Shown one piece after another: positions 41,774-51,375 of a stretch of 64,000 nt of DNA. Under the pieces are notes generated by a model that was not told where the DNA came from, searched no databases, and was given only the letters and a program-made list of their open reading frames with translations. The position numbers and the translations under genes were made by a program. Positions within the stretch are counted from its first letter, which is position 1. Each line of letters starts with the position of its first letter. Source of the DNA: Candidatus Poribacteria bacterium (lineage in GTDB: Bacteria > Poribacteria > WGA-4E > WGA-3G); NCBI GenBank assembly GCA_965214095.1, contig OZ243938.1, positions 3,136,001 through 3,200,000 of the forward strand, given 5' to 3'.

Positions 41774-42751
41774 CTATTCACTTTCAGGTTTTGTATGGAT
41801 AGCAATTAGAACAAAACAGGTTGTTTGTAGATTTGCTTTGGGAGTTTGGAGTTCTATTGGCGTAGCACTCTTATAACTCCCATCCGGTCCTTGTGCTTTC
41901 GTTAGATAGGAAATGGCAATTCTACGTGTGTTTAGTGGGTCGTTATTCGCAGCGAATGCCATGATAGCAGTAGCAGTAACTTCTGGATCACTCGGTTTGC
42001 CTTTGAACCTACCAAATCCACCATCTTTATTGCGGAATTGTTTTACCAATGCTACTTGTTCATCAAGATCGTAATCAGGGGACAAACCTAACAACACCCA
42101 AGATGTAACGTATATGTCCGATTGAGTTCCACCAGGGAGATTCCATATATTATCAAAGTTATTCTGTTTAGCAAGCCATTCCATCCCTGTAGGAATAGGT
42201 TTGAAATCCCTCTGTGTGAAACCGAGTTCTTTAAATCCAACGAGTGTAGCTGAAGTATAAAGAATATGTCCAGGTCCTTGGTTTTTACGTCCCCAACTAC
42301 CACTTCGATTCTGTGCGTTCTTTAGCCATTGAAGTCCATTAAATCTCGCTTCCTCATCCGTTTTGGCATTTCTCAGGGCGATAAGCGCGAATGCTGTATG
42401 TGCTGTATTATTATTCCAACTACCATCTTCACGTTGTCTATCTCTGAGGTATCTGACACCACTCCGAATGGCACGAGATCCAGTGCCCCAGCCAGCTTCA
42501 GTCAATGCCCAGATAGCGAGAGCCGTGATTTCAACATCACTTTCATCACCCGGTTCCAGAGGCCATCCACCATCTCTGTTCTGATTCTTAACAATATATG
42601 CTCTGGCTTTGTCTATGGTTCTGAAGATTGCAGACTCTCTTGGTATTTTCTTTTGTAAATCAGTGGATTGCGCGGTCACATTGTTGAAACAAAACAAACA
42701 CAACAACATCTGACAACTCATTAAAATGAATAAACTCTTTCTAATTTTCAT
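41774..42751 (-). CDS. Exported prenyltransferase/squalene-oxidase-repeat protein
   Basis: QNRDGGW, QREDGSW, QNRSGSW repeats; signal peptide. Confidence 0.85.
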   Translation of the reverse strand: MKIRKSLFILMSCQMLLCLFCFNNVTAQSTDLQKKIPRESAIFRTIDKARAYIVKNQNRDGGWPLEPGDESDVEITALAIWALTEAGWGTGSRAIRSGVRYLRDRQREDGSWNNNTAHTAFALIALRNAKTDEEARFNGLQWLKNAQNRSGSWGRKNQGPGHILYTSATLVGFKELGFTQRDFKPIPTGMEWLAKQNNFDNIWNLPGGTQSDIYVTSWVLLGLSPDYDLDEQVALVKQFRNKDGGFGRFKGKPSDPEVTATAIMAFAANNDPLNTRRIAISYLTKAQGPDGSYKSATPIELQTPKANLQTTCFVLIAIHTKPESE

Positions 42752-42817
42752 ATCTCTCACCTATACATATCTTTTTTAGGATGGTCTCAGGTTAACGCAC
42801 TGTGGACAATATCTTTT

Positions 42818-43942
42818 TCAGGATTGTGGTTCAATCACAACTTTGTAGACACCTTCATTACCAAGTATCTCAATCCCTGCTTCTAGTTGATTCAACGGAA
42901 GATGATGCGTAATTAATTCGTGTAAAGGCGTACGTGTTCGTTGTAGAAAATCCAACGCTGTCTGAAATTGGATTTGCGGATATGCCCACACGCCATACAC
43001 ATCAAGGTCTTTATTACATATTTGATGCGGTCTCACTTTGGTATCTCCAGAATCGGTATAGTGTCCAACCTCAATTACCTTCCCACCGCGTCGCACAACA
43101 TCTAACGCTTCTGAGAAAACGGCAGGTATCCCTGCACACTCAATCGCAATGTCTACACCAACGCCACTTGTGAGAGATTGGATCTGTTCAACCCGTTCAT
43201 CAGGTTCTGTATCACCGACATTAATGGTCACATCTGCCCCCATCTGCTGTGCCATTTCTAAACGGCTATCAACAAGATCAGTAGCAATGATTGTTCCCGC
43301 ACCACTATCTCTCAAAACAGCAATGACAAGAAGACCGATCGGACCACACCCCAATACAGCGACACTGCTGCCAATACTATATCCATCACCGACTTGTGGT
43401 AAACCGGGTGCACAAGCGCGTTCTACGGCACGCGTGGCAACGGCGACAGGTTCTGTCAGCACAGCAATTTCCTCTGGAATCTCATCAGGTATTTTGTAGA
43501 CCCAAGAGTTGCCATGTATATAAGTATATTCAGAGAATTCACCTGTCAGATATGGTGGAGATTCACTATTGCTAAATCCATAAATAGTTCGTCCAGAACA
43601 TAACGTCGGACGACCCGGTACATGCAAACAGTAGTAACATCTACCACAGTTTTTAGATCCAGGCACCACAGTGATACGGTCTCCTTCTTTGATAGGACCA
43701 CCCATCACATTCATGACTTGATTAGCTTCCGCTCCGATCTCTGCGACAGTGCCAACAACTTCATGTCCTGGGATAACAGGAAATTTCAGGGCAGTATGTC
43801 CAAGATACATGTGTTTATCACTACCGCAAATGCCGACCTTGTCTACTTGTAGCAGAAGTGAATCGTTTGCTGGTGAGGGTTTGTCAAATTCGCGGATTTC
43901 TATCTGCCCCGGTTGGAGCATCACCGCTGCTTGAACTGGCAT
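42818..43942 (-). CDS. Zn-dependent alcohol/polyol dehydrogenase (MDR family)
   Basis: GICGSD, GHEVVG, CGRCYYC, GCGPIG. Confidence 0.92.
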   Translation of the reverse strand: MPVQAAVMLQPGQIEIREFDKPSPANDSLLLQVDKVGICGSDKHMYLGHTALKFPVIPGHEVVGTVAEIGAEANQVMNVMGGPIKEGDRITVVPGSKNCGRCYYCLHVPGRPTLCSGRTIYGFSNSESPPYLTGEFSEYTYIHGNSWVYKIPDEIPEEIAVLTEPVAVATRAVERACAPGLPQVGDGYSIGSSVAVLGCGPIGLLVIAVLRDSGAGTIIATDLVDSRLEMAQQMGADVTINVGDTEPDERVEQIQSLTSGVGVDIAIECAGIPAVFSEALDVVRRGGKVIEVGHYTDSGDTKVRPHQICNKDLDVYGVWAYPQIQFQTALDFLQRTRTPLHELITHHLPLNQLEAGIEILGNEGVYKVVIEPQS

Positions 43943-43965
43943 AGTCTGTGTTCCTTTTTTCTATT

Positions 43966-44100
43966 ATAGTCAAATGTAAAAATACGTGCACACTCCCGGT
44001 AGATGCGGTTTCCTAACCGCATCTATGACACTGAACAAACACCGGTTCGGTTAGGAAACCGAACCTACCGTAGTGTGTAAATAATTATGGTTCTTACTAT
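43966..44100. repeat. MITE-like unit: degenerate ATAGT..CACACT terminal inverted repeats around a REP doublet
   Basis: GTAGATGCGGTTTCCTAACCGC and GGTTAGGAAACCGAACCTAC inside ATAGT.../...ACTAT ends. Confidence 0.55.
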
Positions 44101-44115
44101 ATTTGCTATCTCTAT

Positions 44116-45273
44116 TCATCGTGTCCAGAGTGGAATCAATACCTTCGTCAATTGTGCTAAACTTTCCAAATTATGTGCTGGCAGGAAATAGTCTACATAA
44201 GGTAGAGCAGTGCGGATGCCCCGACAAATTGGTTGATAGGTGTCGCTACCCAGCAACGGATTGAGCCATATAAGTTTATGTGCATGCCGTTGCAGCATCT
44301 CCATAGAGTGTCGGAGCAAGTCTGTATCTCCTCTATCCCAACCATCGCTAATTAGAATCACAACTGACCGATAAGCCGAAAAAGAAGGGGCAAACTGACG
44401 ACAAAACGCTAATAGACTTTCACCAATTTTTGTCCCACCTGACCAGTCCGGCACAGTGTTCGCAACTTCATTCAAACCTTCTGCTAATCCCTTACGTCGT
44501 AGCAATCCTGTAATGTTCGTCATAAGTGTGCTGAAAACCGCTACTTCTACCTCTCGCAATTCCTGTTGCATACCGTAGATAAACTGGATAAGGAATTTGG
44601 AATAGCAATCCATCGACCCACTGACATCACATAGCAGCAAAATCTTTGTCTTTTTTATCTTCTGTTGTTTCCGCATAAGTTCAATCGGTTCACCACCGTG
44701 TGCAAGACTCTTTCGCCAACTTCTACGAAAGTCAATCGTTCTTCCTCTTTTGCTAACTATCTTTCTTCTACTCAGTCTTGTAGCCAACACCGATGCCAAC
44801 TTCGCTACTATATGTCGCGCCCGTTCCATATCCTCTTCTGTAAACTCACTGAAATCCTTTTGCGTCAACACCTCTTCAACACTATAGGCAATCGGATCAT
44901 CTTCTTCTCCGTCTACATCTTCATCTTCCTCATAATCCATCCATTGATCAAGGATGTTCTCTTCATCTTCTGCATCAGAAAGGTCTTGTAAAGCAGACGG
45001 TTCAGGTTCTTCTCCACCCGTATCAACGGCTTCAAATTCAGGTCTTGGATATCGCCAAAAAAGGTTAAATGCAGTGTCAAATGTCTCTCGATCACTTTGA
45101 TTGGCAATAAGGTTTGTCCTTGCTGTGTGATAAAACGTATCTCGATCACTAATGTCTATCAACTGAACACTGTTACACCAACTGAGTTGATTAGTTGTGG
45201 TGACTTTTACATCCATCTGTCGGAGTAATCTACAGAAGTCGTTGATCTGTTGGAGTAGTGTTTGTTCAGTCAT
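44116..45273 (-). CDS. CoxE-like VWA domain protein
   Basis: DVSGSM, WSGGTKIG, ISDGWD, WLNPL. Confidence 0.92.
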   Translation of the reverse strand: MTEQTLLQQINDFCRLLRQMDVKVTTTNQLSWCNSVQLIDISDRDTFYHTARTNLIANQSDRETFDTAFNLFWRYPRPEFEAVDTGGEEPEPSALQDLSDAEDEENILDQWMDYEEDEDVDGEEDDPIAYSVEEVLTQKDFSEFTEEDMERARHIVAKLASVLATRLSRRKIVSKRGRTIDFRRSWRKSLAHGGEPIELMRKQQKIKKTKILLLCDVSGSMDCYSKFLIQFIYGMQQELREVEVAVFSTLMTNITGLLRRKGLAEGLNEVANTVPDWSGGTKIGESLLAFCRQFAPSFSAYRSVVILISDGWDRGDTDLLRHSMEMLQRHAHKLIWLNPLLGSDTYQPICRGIRTALPYVDYFLPAHNLESLAQLTKVLIPLWTR

Positions 45274-46159
45274 TTTCTTTCTTTAGGAATTCAATGAAAG
45301 TGTCCAGTTCTTTTGATATTTTGTTATATATCATTTCAATCTGTATAGCAATTTTCTCAGTTTTATCGTAGACTAGTCTTTGTTCGTAGATATGATTGTA
45401 TACATGACGAAATTCTAATAGTTCCTGTAAAGGTTCTAAAGTTTCATGGGAAATCACAGCCTGTCTGTCAGCATAGGGTTCAGCCATTTGCATAAGCAAT
45501 TCTTTGTGCCATCTACTCCCATCAGGAGTGGATAAGTCAACGTCAAGTGCGATCTGATTGAAAATTGTTTCAATACCCCGATAACAGTCAACGAGATTTT
45601 TTGCAATCGCCATTTCTATTTCTTCCTCGTATTCAATCGGCGCATCCTTTATCTTTTCCAACCTTTTTAAGATTTTTTCAATAGATTCCTCAATCAAACC
45701 GCGTTCATCTGAAATACGTTGTATAAGGTCACTTCTATTCACCCTATAGACTACTCCTTTTTTAATCGGTGCCAGTTGTTTCTGTATTCTCTCACGAAAT
45801 ATTCCTTTACACTTTTCATATTCAACTAAGTCAACCTTAAACAATCCACTGATGTCAGAAGCTCTTGACGATGCTCGGAAATACATTTCACTCGGAATTC
45901 CCCATACAGCAATATCAATATCTGACCATTTTGCAAACGATTTCTGTTGTGCAAGCGACCCAAACACTGCGACTTGCGAGGCACCGAAATCTTCATAAAG
46001 CATCGCTGCTATTTTGTGTGCGGTATGCCACGCACGTTGTAACAATGCCTCATCAACCTTGCGATTTTGCAAGTGCTTGTCAAGACGTTTGCTGTATTTT
46101 TCCAATTCTTCTGGTGATAGGTCTTTTGTGGTGCGATAGGTGTCTGTGGGTTGGTGCAT
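45266..46159 (-). CDS. MNT (minimal nucleotidyltransferase)-HEPN fusion, intact RX4HXY
   Basis: FGSL..SDID; PDGSRWHKELL..M; FRHVYNHIY. Confidence 0.85.
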   Translation of the reverse strand: MHQPTDTYRTTKDLSPEELEKYSKRLDKHLQNRKVDEALLQRAWHTAHKIAAMLYEDFGASQVAVFGSLAQQKSFAKWSDIDIAVWGIPSEMYFRASSRASDISGLFKVDLVEYEKCKGIFRERIQKQLAPIKKGVVYRVNRSDLIQRISDERGLIEESIEKILKRLEKIKDAPIEYEEEIEMAIAKNLVDCYRGIETIFNQIALDVDLSTPDGSRWHKELLMQMAEPYADRQAVISHETLEPLQELLEFRHVYNHIYEQRLVYDKTEKIAIQIEMIYNKISKELDTFIEFLKKEND

Positions 46160-47397
46160 ATCACTACCTCCTTAGGGAATAGGATAGCATGTTATTGCTT
46201 TGAATGCAAGGGGAGAAATACTGCAAATATAATAACCCGAATTGCTATCTATTACAAAAGTTGTTGACCTGCTGGAGTAGTGTTTGTTCAGTCATTTTCT
46301 TGTTTCCTTAGGAATGCTATGAAAACATCTAATTCTTTAGAGAGATTCGGAAACAATTCGTTTACCAGAGTAGCATTTATCAACATTTTTTCGTAATCCA
46401 GTTCCTTTCCGTAGATATATAAGAAAACGTGACGAAATCCGAGAAGTTTTTTTAGCTCTAAATAAGTTTCTTGAGAAAGCACAGGTGCGCGTATTGTATT
46501 TGATTCTGACATTTGTTGTAGGAGCTCTTTATGCCACTGTTCTCCCTTAGGCACTACCTTGTCTACATCATGAGCGATTTGCTCAAAGATGTTTTCCAAT
46601 TGCTTATAAAAATCGTAGAGATATCTGGAAATCTCAACTTCTATGCTGCGTCTATATCGATCAGGTGCGTCCTTGAGGTTTTGTAATGCGTGGTCAATGA
46701 GTTGAACTGCCTCTTTTACGTTTGTAAATCCATCAGAAATACGTTGTATTAATTCTGTTTTAGCCAATGTGTTTGTTCCCTTTCTCTTTATAGCTATTTG
46801 AGATTTTATAAGTACTTCTGTTTTGTCTTTCTGAATTAGAATCGCCTGCTTTTCAATCCGTTCAAGAAACAGTCCTTTGCAATTCTCATATTTAACCAAA
46901 TCAATTTTAAATTTCTCGCTGAAACCGATCGTTTCCGAGACTGCACTCAAATATTGGTCAGGTGAAAGTCCCCAAACAACTATATCAATATCTGACCGTT
47001 CTGAGAACCAATTTTGTTGTGCAAGCGACCCAAACACTGCGACTTGCGATGCCCCGAAATCGTCATAAAGCATCGCTGCTATTTTGTGTGCGGTATGCCA
47101 CGCACGTTGTAGCAATGCCTCATCAACCTTGCGATTTTGCAAGTGCAGGTCAAGACGTTTGCTGTATTTTTCCAATTCTTCTGGTGATAGATCCTTTGTA
47201 GTGCGATGCGTGTCTGTGGGTTGGTGCATATCACTATCTCCTTAGGGAATAGGATAGCATGTTATTGCTTTGAATGCAAGGAGAGAAATACTGCGAATAT
47301 AATAACCCGAATTGCTATCTATTACAAAAGTCGTTGACCTGCTGGAGTAGTGTTTGTTCAGTCATTTTCTTGTTTCCTTAGGAATGCTATGAAAACA
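45912..47397. repeat. About 415-bp direct repeat pair (45912-46327 and 46982-47397, offset 1070)
   Basis: Direct alignment; covers MNT 5' part, promoter region, coxE-start copy and the 3' end of the upstream cassette. Confidence 0.9.
46288..47229 (-). CDS. MNT-HEPN fusion, second copy, HEPN His replaced by Tyr
   Basis: FGSL..SDID; PKGEQWHKELL..M; FRHVFLYIY. Confidence 0.85.
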   Translation of the reverse strand: MHQPTDTHRTTKDLSPEELEKYSKRLDLHLQNRKVDEALLQRAWHTAHKIAAMLYDDFGASQVAVFGSLAQQNWFSERSDIDIVVWGLSPDQYLSAVSETIGFSEKFKIDLVKYENCKGLFLERIEKQAILIQKDKTEVLIKSQIAIKRKGTNTLAKTELIQRISDGFTNVKEAVQLIDHALQNLKDAPDRYRRSIEVEISRYLYDFYKQLENIFEQIAHDVDKVVPKGEQWHKELLQQMSESNTIRAPVLSQETYLELKKLLGFRHVFLYIYGKELDYEKMLINATLVNELFPNLSKELDVFIAFLRKQEND

Positions 47398-47908
47398 GCC
47401 GCACATTATCGCGCATTTCGACAATTTTTGAAACGGGATTGGGATTTTACAACACGACAATTTCGTCCACCGCCTGACCCAATTAACGCTATGCTTTCAC
47501 TCGGTTACACACTCCTACACAACCATGTGTACGCATTCATCAACGTCGTTGGATTAGACCCATACTGTGGTTATTTTCACCAACCCAGACACGGACATGC
47601 CGCATTAGCCTCCGATCTCATGGAGGAATTCCGTCAAATTATTGTGGATGGATATGTCCTCACACTTGTGAACAAGAACAGAATACGACCAGAGTTTTGA
47701 GCATACGAAAAAAGGTATCCGTTTCACTAAGGAAGCTTTAGATCGATTCCTCGTTGGATACTATGGACGGATGCAACAGACGTTTCAACATCCAATACGC
47801 AATGAGAAAACAACCTACCTTCGTTCCATTGAACTTCAGGTTAGACATTTAGCACGCGTAATAACAGCGAAAGACGCGGAATATAAACCTTTTCTCGTTC
47901 GATCTTAA
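47398..47908 (+). pseudogene. cas1: 5'-truncated, frameshifted cas1
   Basis: RPPPDPINAMLSLGY, GLDPYCGYFH, LASDLMEEFR; continues in another frame after about 47695 (..IELQVRHLARVI..YKPF*). Confidence 0.9.
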
Positions 47909-47930
47909 AAAATTTCTCACTATAGCAGTA

Positions 47931-47964
47931 AAAAGATGGAAGGGTATCTACCCTTCCATCTTTT
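47931..47964 (+). terminator. Intrinsic terminator-like hairpin after the cas1 remnant
   Basis: AAAAGATGGAAGGGTA-TC-TACCCTTCCATCTTTT. Confidence 0.7.
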
Positions 47965-48141
47965 CTTTTATATGCTGACAACTTTAGGGTGTGCCCAGTT
48001 TTTGGCACTGCACGTAGGGACGGGGTCTCCCTATTCCGCAAGCGGAGTGAATCTCCCCATCATGGCAATCCTCATCAAAAACCGCTTGTCCTATTTATCC
48101 TGTCCATCCTGGTTCAGACAAAAATTAGACGAAAAACAGAA

Positions 48142-48410
48142 GGGTGTGTAAAGTTCTTGGCAAAACAGCAATTATTCAACGATTGAATACCTCTGCGTAT
48201 GTCATGAATGTTTGCATTAATTGCATTAATTTCTATTATAATTTGGATTTATTTATGAAAAAACCTTCGCGAAAAAATAGAGTTAGCTTCAGTCATAATA
48301 AGAGATTATCAATGAGCTGGGTGTATTTCTGAGACTGAAAGAATGCGGGGCACGGAGACTCCGCAAGACAATGGTTGGTGAGAACTTAGTGCCAAAAACT
48401 TTACACACCC
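48142..48410. mobile_element. 269-bp MITE / internally deleted IS
   Basis: 21-bp TIR GGGTGTGTAAAGTTYTTGGCA (1 mismatch); 9-bp target duplication AAAACAGAA at 48133-48141 and 48411-48419. Confidence 0.85.
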
Positions 48411-48426
48411 AAAACAGAAAAACTTC

Positions 48427-48455
48427 TTGACAATCATTACATAATAATGTATACT
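48427..48455 (+). promoter_or_regulatory. Near-consensus sigma70 promoter pointing into the CRISPR leader
   Basis: TTGACA-17 bp-TATACT. Confidence 0.65.
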
Positions 48456-48568
48456 GTTACCGATTATCCCAAACACGATTTGCAGAATGCGTATTGAGTC
48501 GTGTAGAATTGCTGATAAACATAGACACAGACTGAGGTCAGACGACATGCCCTCATAATTTTATGTTT

Positions 48569-48695
48569 GGTTCAGTGTTCATGCGGGTTTAGAGGCAATT
48601 TGACGAAATTTGGGTGGTTGAAATTGTGCTAAAAATTGGATTGTTTGGAATCGGGCAATTTAGCCCGCTCTGTGACTGGGTTCGCAAGGGGTGCT
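48569..48695 (+). promoter_or_regulatory. CRISPR leader
   Basis: Abuts the first repeat; homologous inverted copy at 53064-53190. Confidence 0.8.
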
Positions 48696-49837
48696 GTTCG
48701 GAAAGTCCTTCCCGTTTGAAGGGAATTGAAACAATTACCTCGTTGTATAACTAAACTAAAATCTGCGTTCGGAAAGACCTTCCCGTTTGAAGGGAATTGA
48801 AACAATGTAGCGTCAAGAGGCGGGGTAATGGCCAACTGAGTTCGGAAAGACCTTCCCGTTTGAAGGGAATTGAAACTCTTCCGCGAATGGGAAGTCATCG
48901 TCTGCTGTTGCACCGTTCGGAAAGACCTTCCCGTTTGAAGGGAATTGAAACGTGAATACCGCTTGGATACTTTTGAAATTACCAGCTGTGTTCTGAAAGT
49001 CCTTCCCGTTTGAAGGGAATTGAAACTAATAGTGATGGTAACACTGTCACTCTCAATTTCGGTTCGGAAAGTCCTTCCCGTTTGAAGGGAATTGAAACTC
49101 AAACAATTCTTTCAAATTCTTTTCAGCCCGTTTTAGTTCGGAAAGTCCTTCCCGTTTGAAGGGAATTGAAACTATAACGCTCGTCCATTTCTATCTTGGC
49201 TTCACGCTGTTCGGAAAGACCTTCCCGTTTGAAGGGAATTGAAACAAGAGAAGAGGTTGATGTGAACGAGCAGCAGTCTCATGCGTTCGGAAAGACCTTC
49301 CCGTTTGAAGGGAATTGAAACTGAAACAACGTTTAACAATGCCGCGACTTAAACACGTTCGGAAAGACCTTCCCGTTTGAAGGGAATTGAAACTCAAAAG
49401 CCCATTCACGTGTTTCATCGGTAAGTGCGTTCGGAAAGACCTTCCCGTTTGAAGGGAATTGAAACAAACTAAACTGCACCGACACTGCGTCGTTGCTCAT
49501 ATTGTTCGGAAAGACCTTCCCGTTTGAAGGGAATTGAAACTCGGGTCGAGTGTGATTCTCTCAGGAATTCTCCGTTGTTCGGAAAGACCTTCCCGTTTGA
49601 AGGGAATTGAAACTTTACTTCAAAAGTCTGTTCAGGAAACCCATAAAGGTTCGGAAAGACCTTCCCGTTTGAAGGGAATTGAAACGATAGATTGTAGTAA
49701 TTGTTAAACTTTATACTAATTGAGTTCGGAAAGACCTTCCCGTTTGAAGGGAATTGAAACTTTGACAGATTTTCTTGATACTTTCTTCTGCCCAAATATT
49801 GTTCGGAAAGACCTTCCCGTTTGAAGGGAATTAAGTG
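48696..49837 (+). CRISPR. CRISPR array, 16 repeats (37 bp, GTTCGGAAAGWCCTTCCCGTTTGAAGGGAATTGAAAC) and 15 spacers of 34-40 bp
   Basis: Counted directly; ATTGAAAC 3' end; degenerate last repeat at 49801 marks the trailer. Confidence 0.98.
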
Positions 49838-49895
49838 GGCAGTGAATCGTGCGAATATAAACGTTGACATTCACGAATCCACGAGTCATGCAATG

Positions 49896-49928
49896 AAAAA
49901 AGGCGCGCTTCCAAAGCGCGCCTTTTTT
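49896..49928. terminator. Bidirectional intrinsic terminator between array and cas2
   Basis: AAAAAAGGCGCGCTT-CCA-AAGCGCGCCTTTTTT. Confidence 0.85.
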
Positions 49929-49977
49929 GTTATTGATGTTGTTCTTAAGTATACAAATCTGATATTCGGATTACATA

Positions 49978-50253
49978 TCAAACGATAATTGTATTCGGTT
50001 CCGGTGTTACGTCCCCGACAGCAGGCACTTCAATTCGTTCGGCACAAGTATTACAGATCGGGTAGTAGCGTACTGAATCTTCTGAAGACTCAATAATATC
50101 CGCAATAGCATGTTTTAATTCCTCATATTGTTTTCGGTTCAGATGTGCTTCAAACACGCTGTATTGAACTCGTTTGCCGTATCCTTTAAGTGCTTTCGCA
50201 AGTTGATTACGTCTTTGATTGTCTGGAATATCATAAGAAATGACATAAAACAC
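49978..50253 (-). CDS. cas2: CRISPR-associated endonuclease Cas2
   Basis: YVISYDIPD..RR, YGKRVQYSVFE, DSVRYYPIC. Confidence 0.96.
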   Translation of the reverse strand: MFYVISYDIPDNQRRNQLAKALKGYGKRVQYSVFEAHLNRKQYEELKHAIADIIESSEDSVRYYPICNTCAERIEVPAVGDVTPEPNTIIV

Positions 50254-50293
50254 AAAAATCCCTCCATTTATTATGTGCTGCTCGTCTAACCAC

Positions 50294-51256
50294 TTACGTA
50301 GAAGTCAGATGGTATTGTCCATATCCGAATGCTGTGTGATGTCCGATGTGCGTATACTCGCCAAGATAGATGAACGGTAAAAACGGCTCCAACTCCCCTG
50401 AATAACGAACTTTCCCGATAAACCCATCCATCGGAATAGAACTCTCCGCACGATAAGAATACCGGTTGGACTTGAGCCAATGGAAACGGGATTCGTGTGT
50501 AATAACCCGTGCAGCATCAATCAACGCATGCGCGTCCACATCTAAATCCTCACCACAATGAAAATAGCTCAAAAATCGGATACGCCGGAGTAGGTTACGA
50601 ATGAGGTGTTCAAATGTCAACTCGTTCGTCCATTTTCCATCCACCTTAATGCTGGTTGGGGTGAGAAACTCCAATTCCATCGTATCGGTAATAGTGAGGA
50701 CGTTATGCATCACATCGTCAAGGTTAAGTATAATTCCTTCATCGGTTAGCATCTCGGTTTCTGCGGTGTATATCGTCTGCGGTGATCGTTTTTGATGTGC
50801 AGGTAGGCTTTCCACTGTGTCCAGTTGACACTGCCCGCGTGCGCCTCGGAGTCCAATGCGCCGTTTCCCCATCTCATGAAAGGTCAGCACAATCCATGGC
50901 AACAGGTCAATCGCCTCTCCGATGAGCGTGATATTACAAGTAAAGGTATCTTCAAGGGCATATTCCTTCTTAGATGTATGGGGTGGTTGTAGGATGAAGG
51001 GATGGGGTGCAAAGGGTTGTCCTCGTAACATCGGACTATCTTTCGGAACAGGCGTTTCAAAGCATTTTGAGTAGACGCATCGGTCTGCGTATTGACACTT
51101 TTTTTCGCACTCTCCTGCTTCACCGATGCAGGCGATGTGACGGAGCAGATATCCGAACCGTCCGCGAAAGATGTTGCCTTTGTATGTCGGCATCTTCAGC
51201 GGTTCTTGGACGGTGAAGGTGAGGCGGTAGCGTGCGAAACGGAAGTTTTGGAGCAT
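50294..51256 (-). CDS. cas6: crRNA-processing endoribonuclease Cas6
   Basis: FRGRFG, Cys cluster, EFLTPT, G-loop GEYTHIGHHTAFGYGQY. Confidence 0.92.
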   Translation of the reverse strand: MLQNFRFARYRLTFTVQEPLKMPTYKGNIFRGRFGYLLRHIACIGEAGECEKKCQYADRCVYSKCFETPVPKDSPMLRGQPFAPHPFILQPPHTSKKEYALEDTFTCNITLIGEAIDLLPWIVLTFHEMGKRRIGLRGARGQCQLDTVESLPAHQKRSPQTIYTAETEMLTDEGIILNLDDVMHNVLTITDTMELEFLTPTSIKVDGKWTNELTFEHLIRNLLRRIRFLSYFHCGEDLDVDAHALIDAARVITHESRFHWLKSNRYSYRAESSIPMDGFIGKVRYSGELEPFLPFIYLGEYTHIGHHTAFGYGQYHLTST

Positions 51257-51375
51257 TGTCAAACGTTTTGCCCGTTAAATCTATATTAGGACTCAATGTG
51301 TTCTGCATTTTTCAAGTTAGGTGATATATTTCACTATCAATGCAAAAGCGAATGCAGGACACTCTGAATACCATA

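Noticed and set aside
47350-47397. N-terminus of the 116-aa ORF as a real cas1 start
   Set aside because: It is the antisense of the duplicated cassette end; Cas1 similarity begins only at about 47398
48629-49870. Minus-strand ORFs with SFNSLQTGR / FQFPSNGKVFPN repeats
   Set aside because: Translations of the CRISPR repeats, not genes
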